The notes below the pieces were generated by a model. The model was given only the letters and a program-made list of their open reading frames with translations. It did not search any database and was not told the DNA's origin. A program made the position numbers and the translations under genes. Positions 21,950 to 32,302 of a DNA stretch of 64,000 bases are shown piece by piece. The first letter of the stretch is position 1, and each line of letters starts with the position of its first letter. Source of the DNA: a virus; the IMG/VR virus record IMGVR_UViG_3300011113_000202, positions 6,057 through 70,056 of that record; one strand, written 5' to 3'.

Positions 21950-22437
21950 TTCCTGGCAATAAAAAGATTTGGTTTTTAAATGGAGATCTTGTGAGATTTC
22001 ATCATAGTTCTAGGTCAACTGGAATGGTAACTGTTTACAATATTACCAAAGATAGATTAGAAACATGCTTGAGATCTGATTTTAGAAGCAACAGAGAAAA
22101 AGCGTTTAGTGTATCAGAAACTGCTCAACTTGTCAATAGGCATCGTAAATATTTTCCTTCATTAGTAAAAAGAGGTGTAATACCTCCACCAATGGGAGCA
22201 CAATTAAACGGCAAGAGGCAATACGGAGTTAGAGCATACTACTCTGAGTCGCAAGTTAAAGAGATACGTGATATACTTGCTAGTTATCATCTAGGAAGAC
22301 CTAGAAAAGATAAATTAATTACAAATAGTATTACGCCAACTAAACAAGAGTTGACACGCAGAATTGGTAATGGTATACTGACATATACGAAGACAGAAGA
22401 TGGAAGATTTATTCCAGTCTGGTCAGAGAAGATTTAA
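21895..22437 (+). CDS. MerR-like HTH DNA-binding protein
   Basis: FSVSETAQLVNRH..VKRGVIPPP..RAYYSESQV. Confidence 0.6.
   Translation: MANGPRTVESKEYNNKPVIPGNKKIWFLNGDLVRFHHSSRSTGMVTVYNITKDRLETCLRSDFRSNREKAFSVSETAQLVNRHRKYFPSLVKRGVIPPPMGAQLNGKRQYGVRAYYSESQVKEIRDILASYHLGRPRKDKLITNSITPTKQELTRRIGNGILTYTKTEDGRFIPVWSEKI
22351..22379 (+). promoter_or_regulatory. Sigma70-type promoter inside a CDS, upstream of the replication genes
   Basis: TTGACA-17 nt-TATACT with extended TG. Confidence 0.7.
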
Positions 22438-22452
22438 TCCTTGGGAGGGGTA

Positions 22453-22662
22453 ATGGAAAAAGAGAGCACAAAGGTATCAGCAACACTTGGCTACACACTT
22501 AATCTTGGTAACTTTCAGTCATTGAGAGTTGATTTGGGTGTTGTAGATCATGTTCGTGATAATGAGAATACAGAAGACGCAATGAACCGTGTTTACAATT
22601 TTGTTGAAACCAAAGTTGTTGAAAAGGTTAATGAAGCAAAGGCAGCACTGGTAGAAGAATAA
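22453..22662 (+). CDS. Hypothetical protein
   Basis: GGAGGGG RBS; TLGYTLNLGNFQSLRVD. Confidence 0.6.
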   Translation: MEKESTKVSATLGYTLNLGNFQSLRVDLGVVDHVRDNENTEDAMNRVYNFVETKVVEKVNEAKAALVEE

Positions 22663-22663
22663 T

Positions 22664-22972
22664 ATGGCTGATCGCAAAGACCGTATGGCTTTGCTCAGTC
22701 GGTATAACAAACTGCATTTGCAAAGATACGAAACTAAGTCTAATCTTAACCTTAATGTTGAGCAATGGGCTGCCGATGCACTGGTTGAATCATATGGAAT
22801 TCATCAATGTTATGATTTACTAACATATTATTTTGAAATATCAAAAAATCCATCATGGAATAGTTTTGCTTACAATGCACAAGATTTACTTCGTGGTAAA
22901 ATGGCTATAGAGCAAGATTTAAAAGATCGAGAAGAGCGCAGAAAAAAGGCTAGGGAGTGGTTAAATGATTAA
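22664..22972 (+). CDS. Hypothetical protein (possible helicase loader)
   Basis: Overlaps the dnaB start. Confidence 0.5.
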   Translation: MADRKDRMALLSRYNKLHLQRYETKSNLNLNVEQWAADALVESYGIHQCYDLLTYYFEISKNPSWNSFAYNAQDLLRGKMAIEQDLKDREERRKKAREWLND

Positions 22973-24191
22973 TACAGAGTCTAAACTAATTTCTGCAGTC
23001 CTTAACGATAAACAAATACACGTTTTGCTACAGGCTAATGTAGAAAATATAATGCGTACTCACACAGACGTATGGCAATTCATTCGTAGATATGCTGAGA
23101 CTAATGGATCAGTGCCTCCAGTTTCGCTGGTAGTTGAAAAGTTTAGAGACTTTATTCCAGACAAAGAAGTAGGTGCTACTAAGCATCACTTAGAAGAGTT
23201 ACAAGTTGAATATTTAAATGAAAGCATTAAGGATATTCTTAGGTCTGCTGCATCTGAGGTTCAATCAGGAAATGGCACAGCAGCACTAAATGACCTAATT
23301 GTAAAAACATCAGAGTTGAAGAAAAACACTTCAACTATTCGTGATATTGATGCAACAGATATTAATTCTGCAATTGCATATTTTGAAAATGTTCGTAAGG
23401 AACAAGAGTTAGGCAAGATAGGTATCAGAACTGGTCTGCCAGGATTTGACAATTATCTCCCATCTGGAATCATGCCAGGTCAACTCGGTATCTTTCTTGC
23501 CTACCCAGGCATTGGTAAATCGTGGCTCTCGCTATATTTTGCAGTGCAGGCTTGGAAGCAAGGAAAGACTCCGTTAATCATAAGCCTTGAAATGTCTGAA
23601 GTAGAAGTTCGTAATCGTGTATATGCAATCATGGGAGAAGGATTGTGGTCACATAGAAAATTAAGCAATGGTAATGCAGAAACAGAAATGTTAAAGAAAT
23701 GGCATAAGGATAAGATTGAAGGTAAAAGCGCTTTTCATATTATCTCAAGTGATAATGGTGGAGAGATTACCCCGTCTGTGATTCGTGGAAAGATTGATCA
23801 ATACAAACCAGACTTTGTTATTGTTGATTATTTACAACTTATGAGTCCAAACCAAAAATCAGATAATGAGACGGTACGAATGAAAAACCTATCTCGTGAA
23901 CTTAAACTAATGTCTATTGGAGAAGAAGTTCCTATTATTGCTATATCATCTGCTACACCTGATGATGTTACTAATTTAAATACCGTGCCAACTTTGGGTC
24001 AAACAGCATGGTCAAGACAGATAGCCTATGATGCTGACTGGGTTCTTGCACTTGGTCGTGCAGCAAACAGTGATATTATTGAATGTGCATTTAGGAAAAA
24101 CCGTAATGGTTTTATGGGAGACTTCCTAATTCAGGTTGACTTTGATAAAGGCTATTACAGATACAAAGACTTTGAGGCTACAAATGTTTGA
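22965..24191 (+). CDS. dnaB: Replicative DNA helicase
   Basis: Walker A AYPGIGKS, SLEMS, IVDYLQLM, IAYDADWV, KNRNG. Confidence 0.93.
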   Translation: MINTESKLISAVLNDKQIHVLLQANVENIMRTHTDVWQFIRRYAETNGSVPPVSLVVEKFRDFIPDKEVGATKHHLEELQVEYLNESIKDILRSAASEVQSGNGTAALNDLIVKTSELKKNTSTIRDIDATDINSAIAYFENVRKEQELGKIGIRTGLPGFDNYLPSGIMPGQLGIFLAYPGIGKSWLSLYFAVQAWKQGKTPLIISLEMSEVEVRNRVYAIMGEGLWSHRKLSNGNAETEMLKKWHKDKIEGKSAFHIISSDNGGEITPSVIRGKIDQYKPDFVIVDYLQLMSPNQKSDNETVRMKNLSRELKLMSIGEEVPIIAISSATPDDVTNLNTVPTLGQTAWSRQIAYDADWVLALGRAANSDIIECAFRKNRNGFMGDFLIQVDFDKGYYRYKDFEATNV

Positions 24192-25107
24192 TGAGACATA
24201 TACAGAAGAACAGGTAGAACGAGTCTTAAACGGTGTGGGCATTGAGCCTGCGTCACAAACAGAAAGCAACTTTATGGTTTTCTGTCCATTTCATAATAAT
24301 TCTCGCACACCAGCAGGAACTGTATCTAAAGAGAAGGGCTTATTCTTTTGCTTTGGCTGTCAGACTAGTAAAAATCTCGTAGAGTTTGTCATGGCCGTAT
24401 CCAATAGATCTTATTTTGAATCTGTTAGATATATAAAACAAAAGGATAGCGAAACCGATATTGCACAACTTGTAAACAAAAAACTATATGTTGCTCCTGA
24501 GTTTGTTCAGTTTGACGAGGTACTAATTAAACGATTAAATAATCAAGCAATACAAACACCACGAGCAATAAATTATTTATATAGTCGCAGGATAACAGAA
24601 GAGTCTATTAATAAGTTTGCTCTTGGATATTCAGATAAGCAGGACTATGTAACAATTCCAATACAGTCTCCAGACGGCATGACTATTGGATTTGTAGCAA
24701 GGTCTATAGAAGGCAAAGACTTTAAAAATACACCAGGTCTTCCCAAGTCTAAAGTTTTATTTAATCTTCACAGAGTTAGATCATCCAGGTTTGTTTATGT
24801 AGTTGAATCATCTTTTGATGCAATTAGATTAGACCAAGTAGGTTTTCCCGCAGTTGCTACACTGGGGGCCAATGTTTCGTCTGTTCAGATGAATCTATTG
24901 GAAAAGTATTTCAGCGATGTTATACTTGTAGCAGACAATGATGAGGCGGGTTCTACAATGATAGAGCGTATTGTTGGAAAGATAGGCTCTAAGGTATCTG
25001 TAGTAAACATTGACAAAAAATATAAAGATATAGGCGAAATGAGCGATGAGGAAATCAAAAAACTAGAATATAAGTTTGACAACTCTATAGTCGCTATGCT
25101 AAAATAG
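24184..25107 (+). CDS. dnaG: DNA primase
   Basis: CPFH..CFGC zinc finger; TOPRIM VVESSFDA and DNDEAG. Confidence 0.9.
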   Translation: MFDETYTEEQVERVLNGVGIEPASQTESNFMVFCPFHNNSRTPAGTVSKEKGLFFCFGCQTSKNLVEFVMAVSNRSYFESVRYIKQKDSETDIAQLVNKKLYVAPEFVQFDEVLIKRLNNQAIQTPRAINYLYSRRITEESINKFALGYSDKQDYVTIPIQSPDGMTIGFVARSIEGKDFKNTPGLPKSKVLFNLHRVRSSRFVYVVESSFDAIRLDQVGFPAVATLGANVSSVQMNLLEKYFSDVILVADNDEAGSTMIERIVGKIGSKVSVVNIDKKYKDIGEMSDEEIKKLEYKFDNSIVAMLK

Positions 25108-25125
25108 AAAAAACAAGGAGAAACA

Positions 25126-25779
25126 ATGACAATAGTAAAAGGGCTAAAAAATATCAACGCTCTAGTTGATAAGCCAAAATATGAAGGTACTGGAACAAAA
25201 GTCCGTTGGCTCAAGTTGGCAGACGGTCAATCAGTAAAAATTCGTTTTATTGAAGAGTTGGACGAAGACTCTTCTAACTACAATGATAAGCGTGGTCTTG
25301 CTCTTGTAGTTAAAGAACACACAAACCCAAAAGACTATAAGCGCCGTGCTCTAGATACAATGGAAGCAGAAGGCCGTGACTGGGCAGAAGAAATGCATCG
25401 TAAAGATCCAAAGGCTGGATGGCGAGCACGTCTTCGTTTTTACTGCAATGTTCTAGTAGATGATGGTCTTGAAGAGCCATATGTTGCTGTTTGGGCAATG
25501 GGTGTAAGCAAGCAATCTGCATTTAATACAATTCGTGAGTATGCACTAGAAACTGGTAGCATCTCAAACTTAACATGGAAGTTAAAGCGTAACGGTCAGG
25601 GAACTGAAACAAGTTACACACTTATTCCAGGGGGTCCAGATAAGGAGCCTTATGACTGGTCTAAGGTTGAGCCATTTCCACTAGAGAAGGCTCTTAACAA
25701 AATTCCATATGCTGAACAAGAGGCATTCTATCTTGGATTTGATACACCATCTGCTGGTTCATCAAATATCGAGTGGTAA
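25126..25779 (+). CDS. Putative single-stranded DNA-binding protein (gp32-like)
   Basis: LKLADGQSVKIRF..KLKRNGQGTETSYTL; lies between primase and polymerase. Confidence 0.65.
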   Translation: MTIVKGLKNINALVDKPKYEGTGTKVRWLKLADGQSVKIRFIEELDEDSSNYNDKRGLALVVKEHTNPKDYKRRALDTMEAEGRDWAEEMHRKDPKAGWRARLRFYCNVLVDDGLEEPYVAVWAMGVSKQSAFNTIREYALETGSISNLTWKLKRNGQGTETSYTLIPGGPDKEPYDWSKVEPFPLEKALNKIPYAEQEAFYLGFDTPSAGSSNIEW

Positions 25780-25786
25780 TTAAATA

Positions 25787-28700
25787 GTGTCTTACGTTGG
25801 GCTTCATGTCCACACCCATTATTCTTTAATGGATGGTGTGGCAACTCCGCAGGAATATGTAAAACGTGCCGTTGAACTCGGTATGCCAGCAATTGCGATT
25901 ACAGATCACGGTACTCTTTCTGGGCATCGTGAAATGTATCGCACCTGCAAAGAAGCGGGTATCAAACCTATTCTTGGCGTAGAAGGATATATTGCATATG
26001 ATAGATTTGACAAGCGTGATAAAGCCGATAGGACTGGTCCGCTTGATCTTAACTATTTTCATATTGTCCTTCTTGCCAAGAACCAACAAGGCCTAGAAAA
26101 CCTAAATAAATTAAATGAAATTGGTTGGACTGAAGGTTTCTATAAGAAACCAAGAATTGATTTTGAAGTTCTACAAAAATATAAAGAAGGCATTATTGTT
26201 TTATCTGCCTGCATGAGTGGACTCATAGCAAAAGCCATTGAAGTAGGAGAGTATGCAGAAGCAAAGAAGCATATCGAGTGGTTTAAGCAAAACTTTGGTG
26301 ATGATTTTTACATTGAGGTTATGCCACATAACAAGCAGGAGATTAATGAATCGCTTGTTGAACTTGCTAAATCGTATTCTGTAAAGATTGTTGTAACTCC
26401 AGACTGCCACCATTCTACTGTTGATCAGAAGATTATTCAGGAAATGATGTTGCTTCTTAATACCCATGCAAAATTACAAAAAGATGTTACATACGAAAAG
26501 TCTAAAAAGCAAAAAGACATGATGGATCGTCTTGATTATTTGTATGGTGCAGAACGTCAAATGTCATTCCGTTCTTTTGATATTCATTTATTGTCTCGTG
26601 ATGAAATGGCAAATGCCATGGCCGAGCACGGTATCAAAGATGAACAAATGTTTGCATCAACTATAGAGATAGCAAACAAAGTAGAAGATTATGATATTAA
26701 GTTTGGTCTAAACCTATTACCAGTACAATATAAAAAGCCACTAGAAGAGTTAAGATCTCTTGCTATCAAAGGCCTAACAAATCTTGGTTTGATAGATAGG
26801 CAAGAATATGTTGATAGGCTTGAAGAAGAACTATCGGTTATTTCAGAAAAGAATTTTGCTCCATACTTCTTGGTTGTATATAACATGTTAAGTTGGGCAA
26901 AGAAGCAAGAAATTATGGTTGGTCCAGGTCGTGGATCTTCTGCTGGTTCATTGCTTTGTTATGCTATTGGCATTACAGACATTGATCCTATTAAGCATGG
27001 GCTTCTTTTCTTCCGCTTTATTAATCCTGAGCGTAATGACTTTCCAGATATTGACTCAGATATTCAAGACTCACGTCGTGATGAAGTAAAAGATTATCTT
27101 GTTAAACAATATCGTCACGTTGCATCTATTGCAACCTTCTTAGAATTTAAAGATAAGGGTGTTGTGCGAGATGTTTCTCGTGCACTAAACATTCCTTTGC
27201 CTGATGTTAATAAGGTATTAAAAACTGTTGATACATGGGATGACTTTGTAACCTCAAAGAATTCAGAATGGTTCCGTGAAAAATATCCAGAGGTTATTAT
27301 TTATGGCGAGCAACTTCGTGGTCGTATTCGTGGAACTGGTATTCATGCTGCTGGTGTTGTAACCAGTAAAGAACCAATTTTTAGATATGCTCCTATGGAA
27401 ACTCGTTCGTCGCCAGGATCTGATGAGCGTATTCCAGTTGTTGGAGTTGACATGGAAGAAGCAGAAAAGATTGGTCTAATTAAAATTGATGCACTTGGAC
27501 TAAAGACTCTTAGTGTTATTAAAGATTGTATTGATATTATTAAAGAGCGAGAAGGTACCAAGATTGATCTTCTTAAAATTGATATGGATGATAGAAATGT
27601 TTATGATATGTTGTCTGATGGATACACAAAGGGTGTATTCCAGTGTGAAGCAACACCATATACAAATCTGCTAGTAAAAATGCGTGTAAAAAATCTTGCT
27701 GAATTGGCTGCATCCAACGCTTTAGTTCGTCCAGGTGCTATGAATACAATTGGTAAAGACTACATTGCTCGTAAACATGGTCGTCAAAACATTGATTACC
27801 TACACCAGATTTTAAAACCTTTTACAGAAGAAACATATGGGTGTATCCTATATCAGGAGCAGGTCATGCAGGCTTGTGTTCAACTCGGCGGTATGACAAT
27901 GGCTGAGGCTGATAAGGTCCGCAAGATCATTGGTAAAAAGAAAGATGCAAGAGAGTTTGATGAGTTCAAAGACAGGTTTATCAAAGGTGCTTCTGCCTAC
28001 ATTAGCCCTAATTCTGCTTTGGATTTGTGGCATGACTTTGAAGCACATGCGGGATATTCGTTTAACAAGTCACATGCCGTTGCTTACAGTACTGTCTCGT
28101 ATTGGACAGCGTGGCTCAAATACTACTACCCGCTAGAGTTTATGTTTGCACTTCTCAAGAATGAGAAGGATAAAGATGCAAGAACAGAATATCTAATTGA
28201 AGCAAAGCGTATGGGTATTCCTATTAGGTTGCCACATATAAATGAATCTGAGATTGATTTTAAGATTGAAGGCAAAGGAATTCGTTTTGGTTTGTCTGCT
28301 ATTAAGTGGATATCAAATACAATTGCAGAAAGATACATTGCAGCAAGACCATTTAAATCTTTTAAAGAGGTAGAAGAGTTTACTTTTACAAAAGGTAATG
28401 GCGTAAATAGTCGTGCACTACAGGCTATGAATTCTGTTGGTGCTCTTACATTTATAGATAATCCAGCAGATCAAGAGCGGGTGAGGGAAAATGTTTATGA
28501 GTACCTTAACTTACCAGAATTTAATATGCAGATACCGCAACACTATTATGCATACATAAATGATATTGAAGAGTATGAAGAGAAGGGCGCTTTCATATTG
28601 ATGGGTATGGTAAAATCAATTAAGAGAGCAAAAGGTTGGTCAAGAGTAGAGTTGTTAGATAAAACTGGAAGTGTGGGAATTTTCGATGAAGAAAACACGG

Positions 28701-29062
28701 TTATTGAAGCAGGTCGCACTTATATTGTTCTTGCAAATGATAATAGGATTGTATCTGCAGTTCCAGTTGATGAAATATCTCAATCCAAAGATGCCCTAGT
28801 TAAGTTTCTAAATTATAAGATGCTACCTTATAAAGAAGGCGAGCACTATGTTGTATCATTCAAGCCTAGAGTTACAAAGGCTGGAAAAAAGATGGCATCT
28901 CTTACTGTTGCAGATGCAGGCAGAGAATTACACGCCATAACAGTATTTCCAACTGCATTTCCAAAAGCATACATGAATGTTCAAGCAGGAAACGTATATA
29001 AGTTTGAATTTAAAGAAACAAAAGATGGAACTACAATAATGGAGGATGTAATAAATGTTTGA
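25787..29062 (+). CDS. dnaE: DNA polymerase III alpha subunit
   Basis: PHP HVHTHYS and ITDHG; GRGSSAGS; FPDIDSD; HAAGVV; YSFNKSHAVAY. Confidence 0.97.
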   Translation: MSYVGLHVHTHYSLMDGVATPQEYVKRAVELGMPAIAITDHGTLSGHREMYRTCKEAGIKPILGVEGYIAYDRFDKRDKADRTGPLDLNYFHIVLLAKNQQGLENLNKLNEIGWTEGFYKKPRIDFEVLQKYKEGIIVLSACMSGLIAKAIEVGEYAEAKKHIEWFKQNFGDDFYIEVMPHNKQEINESLVELAKSYSVKIVVTPDCHHSTVDQKIIQEMMLLLNTHAKLQKDVTYEKSKKQKDMMDRLDYLYGAERQMSFRSFDIHLLSRDEMANAMAEHGIKDEQMFASTIEIANKVEDYDIKFGLNLLPVQYKKPLEELRSLAIKGLTNLGLIDRQEYVDRLEEELSVISEKNFAPYFLVVYNMLSWAKKQEIMVGPGRGSSAGSLLCYAIGITDIDPIKHGLLFFRFINPERNDFPDIDSDIQDSRRDEVKDYLVKQYRHVASIATFLEFKDKGVVRDVSRALNIPLPDVNKVLKTVDTWDDFVTSKNSEWFREKYPEVIIYGEQLRGRIRGTGIHAAGVVTSKEPIFRYAPMETRSSPGSDERIPVVGVDMEEAEKIGLIKIDALGLKTLSVIKDCIDIIKEREGTKIDLLKIDMDDRNVYDMLSDGYTKGVFQCEATPYTNLLVKMRVKNLAELAASNALVRPGAMNTIGKDYIARKHGRQNIDYLHQILKPFTEETYGCILYQEQVMQACVQLGGMTMAEADKVRKIIGKKKDAREFDEFKDRFIKGASAYISPNSALDLWHDFEAHAGYSFNKSHAVAYSTVSYWTAWLKYYYPLEFMFALLKNEKDKDARTEYLIEAKRMGIPIRLPHINESEIDFKIEGKGIRFGLSAIKWISNTIAERYIAARPFKSFKEVEEFTFTKGNGVNSRALQAMNSVGALTFIDNPADQERVRENVYEYLNLPEFNMQIPQHYYAYINDIEEYEEKGAFILMGMVKSIKRAKGWSRVELLDKTGSVGIFDEENTVIEAGRTYIVLANDNRIVSAVPVDEISQSKDALVKFLNYKMLPYKEGEHYVVSFKPRVTKAGKKMASLTVADAGRELHAITVFPTAFPKAYMNVQAGNVYKFEFKETKDGTTIMEDVINV

Positions 29063-29372
29063 TGAATTAGCAGAAGAAATACATAAGAATGCAGTAGACA
29101 AGGGTTTTTGGGATAGAACTGCAGACCCAATATTTTTAGCAAAGCAAATGATGATGATTGTATCTGAGGTATCAGAAGCCATGGAAGCAGTTCGTAAAGA
29201 AATGAATCCAGAACAGATATCAGATGAGTTTGCAGATATTATTATTCGTACCCTTGATCTTTATGCTGGTATGGTTGAGGCAGGGTATGTAACAAAATCA
29301 CTAGATTATGCAATTAAAGAAAAGATGGAACGCAACACACATAGACCAAAGAAGCATGGGGTAAGATTCTAG
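29055..29372 (+). CDS. MazG-like nucleotide pyrophosphohydrolase
   Basis: SEVSEAMEA..DEFADIIIR. Confidence 0.85.
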   Translation: MFDELAEEIHKNAVDKGFWDRTADPIFLAKQMMMIVSEVSEAMEAVRKEMNPEQISDEFADIIIRTLDLYAGMVEAGYVTKSLDYAIKEKMERNTHRPKKHGVRF

Positions 29373-30388
29373 TGACAGTTACAGTTGAAGAGGTATTGGC
29401 ACAACTAAATCCTAAACTAAGAAAGAGCATTCTAGTTGGAGATGAAATTCCAAAGACCGAGTATGCAGTAACTCCTAGTTTTGGTTTGAACCGTGCACTT
29501 AACGGTGGTTTGCCATATGGTAGACAAGTTCTTATTTGGGGTAGCAAGTCAAGTGCTAAGTCATCTTTTTGTTTACAGTTAATTGCTGAGGCACAAAAAG
29601 AAGGCAAGATCTGTGCATGGATAGATGCAGAAATGTCATACGATAAAACTTGGGCAGAAAAACTAGGCGTAGATATATCTAAATTAATTGTTTCTCAGGC
29701 TCGGACCATCAATGAAATGGTTGATGTTGGAGTAAATCTTATTGAGGCTGGCGTTGATATTATTGTTGTTGATTCAATAACATCATTGCTTCCTGCTATT
29801 TATTTTGAGAAAGACTCTACAGAACTTAAACAGTTAGAGAATACTAAACAGATTGGTGCAGAGTCTCGTGACTTTAGCAATGCATGGAAGATGCTTAACT
29901 ACGCTAACAATAAGGTAAAACCTACACTTCTTGTATTGATATCACAATCTAGAAATAATATCAATGCAATGTATACAAGTCAACAGCCTACAGGTGGACA
30001 GGCTACAAAGTTTTATTCATCTACTGTCATAAAGTTATTTTCGTCTGAATCAGATAATCAGGCGATCAAAGGGAAGATACATGTTGGAGACAAACTCATT
30101 GAAGAAAAGATTGGTCGCAAAGTTCGTTGGGAATTACAGTTCTCTAAAACTTCGCCTGCCTTCCAGAGTGGTGAGTATGATTTCTATTTTAGAGGTGACA
30201 ATCTTGGCATCGATTCTGTTGGCGATCTTGTTGATACCGCCGAACTTATTGGTTTGGTTAATAGAACTGGTGCGTGGTACCAATTAGAAGATGGTACAAA
30301 GGTTCAAGGTAGAGATGGACTTATTACTCGTGTGAAAGAAGATTTAGATTTACAAAATCTAATCAAAAGCAAGTTGAAAAATGTCTAA
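29372..30388 (+). CDS. recA: RecA/UvsX-like recombinase
   Basis: LNGGLPYGR, WIDAE, IVVDSI, GGQATKFYS, GAWY; variant Walker A GSKSSAKS. Confidence 0.92.
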   Translation: MTVTVEEVLAQLNPKLRKSILVGDEIPKTEYAVTPSFGLNRALNGGLPYGRQVLIWGSKSSAKSSFCLQLIAEAQKEGKICAWIDAEMSYDKTWAEKLGVDISKLIVSQARTINEMVDVGVNLIEAGVDIIVVDSITSLLPAIYFEKDSTELKQLENTKQIGAESRDFSNAWKMLNYANNKVKPTLLVLISQSRNNINAMYTSQQPTGGQATKFYSSTVIKLFSSESDNQAIKGKIHVGDKLIEEKIGRKVRWELQFSKTSPAFQSGEYDFYFRGDNLGIDSVGDLVDTAELIGLVNRTGAWYQLEDGTKVQGRDGLITRVKEDLDLQNLIKSKLKNV

Positions 30389-30569
30389 CAAGTTTACTGT
30401 GCATACAGGTAAGTTCTGGTGTAAGACCTGTAATAAAGAGGTCGGAACTATAAGAATTTACACAGAAACTGGTATGGGTTCTTGGATGTGCTCAGATAAA
30501 CATTTATCAGAAGTTCAGGTTTATCAAGTTGGATATAAGAAAAAGAAGGACTATGAGCGAGAAGAGTGA
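30381..30569 (+). CDS. Small zinc-binding protein
   Basis: CKTC..CSDKH. Confidence 0.55.
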   Translation: MSNKFTVHTGKFWCKTCNKEVGTIRIYTETGMGSWMCSDKHLSEVQVYQVGYKKKKDYEREE

Positions 30570-30864
30570 AAGCAAAAGAATAGGTGCTAAACAGCACAAA
30601 AATTCTGGTCGCAATACTAAAAAAGGTGATGCGACGTGGAGAGATTTTGTTATTGATTTCAAAGAGTCCGAAAAATCTTTTACTATAAATCAAGACATAT
30701 GGGCCAAAGCCGTAACTGACGCCCTAAAGGCTGGCAAAGATAAGTCGCCAGCAGTTGTTATTATTTTAGGCGAGGGAAATAAAAAAACTCGTCTTGCATT
30801 AATAGAGTTTGAATTACTAGATCAATTAACATGGAAGGCAGAATATGACAGAGACAACGCATAA
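30553..30864 (+). CDS. PD-(D/E)XK nuclease (Hjc-like)
   Basis: NSGR..KGDA..VIDFKE. Confidence 0.6.
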   Translation: MSEKSESKRIGAKQHKNSGRNTKKGDATWRDFVIDFKESEKSFTINQDIWAKAVTDALKAGKDKSPAVVIILGEGNKKTRLALIEFELLDQLTWKAEYDRDNA

Positions 30865-31156
30865 AAATACAATAGAACAAGTAAATGGTTTGACAGAGAT
30901 TGCAGACTACATGGATGATGAGGAACTGACTACTGCCCTAACATTTATTGCCAAACTTATTCTAAAACCAGACATTCCACTAAACGTGGCTACTGTAGAG
31001 ATCGTTAGACTACAGGCTATAGCAGCAAAAATGTCGTTTAGGGCTACCTGGATGGCTAATGTTGATAAAGGTGATAGAGGTAAGAAGAATATTTACTATA
31101 CCGCTGCTGAAGCCATTAATAATTTGGTATCTGCTTTGAAGTATACGATACGCTAA
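30845..31156 (+). CDS. Hypothetical helical protein
   Basis: Coupled ORF in the recombination module. Confidence 0.55.
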   Translation: MTETTHKNTIEQVNGLTEIADYMDDEELTTALTFIAKLILKPDIPLNVATVEIVRLQAIAAKMSFRATWMANVDKGDRGKKNIYYTAAEAINNLVSALKYTIR

Positions 31157-31182
31157 CTGATATAATAGATAAAAAGGGATAT

Positions 31183-32022
31183 ATGACAAAAAACTTATTA
31201 AAGCAGATGATGGTAAAAGAAGAACCTAAGCCAAAGAAAAAGGAAAGCGATTTTAAACTAGATGGTCTTGTAGAAAAGATCAATACTGGTTATACAATAA
31301 AAAATGAGCCAAAGCATCAAACAAAGAAAACTTTTGCTCCCTCAACCCTAGCCTACAATCATGGTGAGTGTCCAAGATATTGGTACTTAGCATTTTCTGG
31401 TGTAACATTTGAAGATAATTCAGATGCGTTTGGTGTTGCCAATAGAACAAACGGAACATATGGTCATAAAAGAATTCAAGATGCACTAATTAATTCTGGT
31501 ATTGCCAAGATCTTTCAAGAAGAAGATAAAGAAACTGGCAAACTAAAAAATACAACAGAGTTAAAAATTTCTAATGAGAATCCACCAATATTTGGATACG
31601 GTGACGGCATTCTTAATTGGAATGATGAAGAGGTTATACTAGAAATAAAAACAGTTCCAAATGAGGGATTTGAGTATCGCAAAAATACTGGCAAGGCAAA
31701 GAAAGATCATATCTTTCAAACTCTTATCTATATGAAAATTTTGGGATACAAACGTGGAATAATTCTGTATGAAAACAAAAATAATCATGCATTGCTACCA
31801 ATATTAATAGAGGTAGATGATTATTATCGTGAATACATTAATAATGCATTTGATTGGATGAAGACTGTTCGGGCTAGTTGGATGAAAAACGAACTTCCAA
31901 TTAAAAACTATAGATCTAATTCTAAAATATGCAAAGGTTGTCCAATTCAAAAAGCATGTGAAGAGGCTGGTGCGGGAGTAGTGAAGATCGCTTCACTGGA
32001 GGAACTGCGTGAAACAATGTGA
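31183..32022 (+). CDS. Cas4-like PD-(D/E)XK exonuclease
   Basis: ECPRYWY, GTYGH, DGIL..LEIKT, Q..IYM, C-terminal CKGCPIQKAC; promoter TGATATAAT 31158-31166. Confidence 0.85.
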   Translation: MTKNLLKQMMVKEEPKPKKKESDFKLDGLVEKINTGYTIKNEPKHQTKKTFAPSTLAYNHGECPRYWYLAFSGVTFEDNSDAFGVANRTNGTYGHKRIQDALINSGIAKIFQEEDKETGKLKNTTELKISNENPPIFGYGDGILNWNDEEVILEIKTVPNEGFEYRKNTGKAKKDHIFQTLIYMKILGYKRGIILYENKNNHALLPILIEVDDYYREYINNAFDWMKTVRASWMKNELPIKNYRSNSKICKGCPIQKACEEAGAGVVKIASLEELRETM

Positions 32023-32302
32023 AAGATGTGATGTCAGATTTAAACCCAAAGTAACCTATCAGATATACTGCAGTGAACTTTGTAGAGATGAGGCCACAAA
32101 GGAAAAAATTGCAGAAAGATATCAGATAACACGCAGGCAAAAAAGAATAGGCAAGCGTAGAATTTGTTTGGGTGGATGTGGTACACAACTTTCTATTTAT
32201 AATGATTCTGGATTTTGCGCTAATTGCAATATACATGAAAAAGCAGTAGAAAAAATGTTAAAAGAACTGAAAGGCATTGTTGAGTATGAGCAAGACAACT
32301 AA
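32009..32302 (+). CDS. Cys-rich hypothetical protein
   Basis: CERC..YCSELC..CLGGC..CANC. Confidence 0.6.
   Translation: MKQCERCDVRFKPKVTYQIYCSELCRDEATKEKIAERYQITRRQKRIGKRRICLGGCGTQLSIYNDSGFCANCNIHEKAVEKMLKELKGIVEYEQDN

Noticed and set aside
31183-32022. Cas4-like gene as evidence of a CRISPR system
   Set aside because: No repeat-spacer array or other cas genes; solo Cas4-like nucleases are common in phage recombination modules
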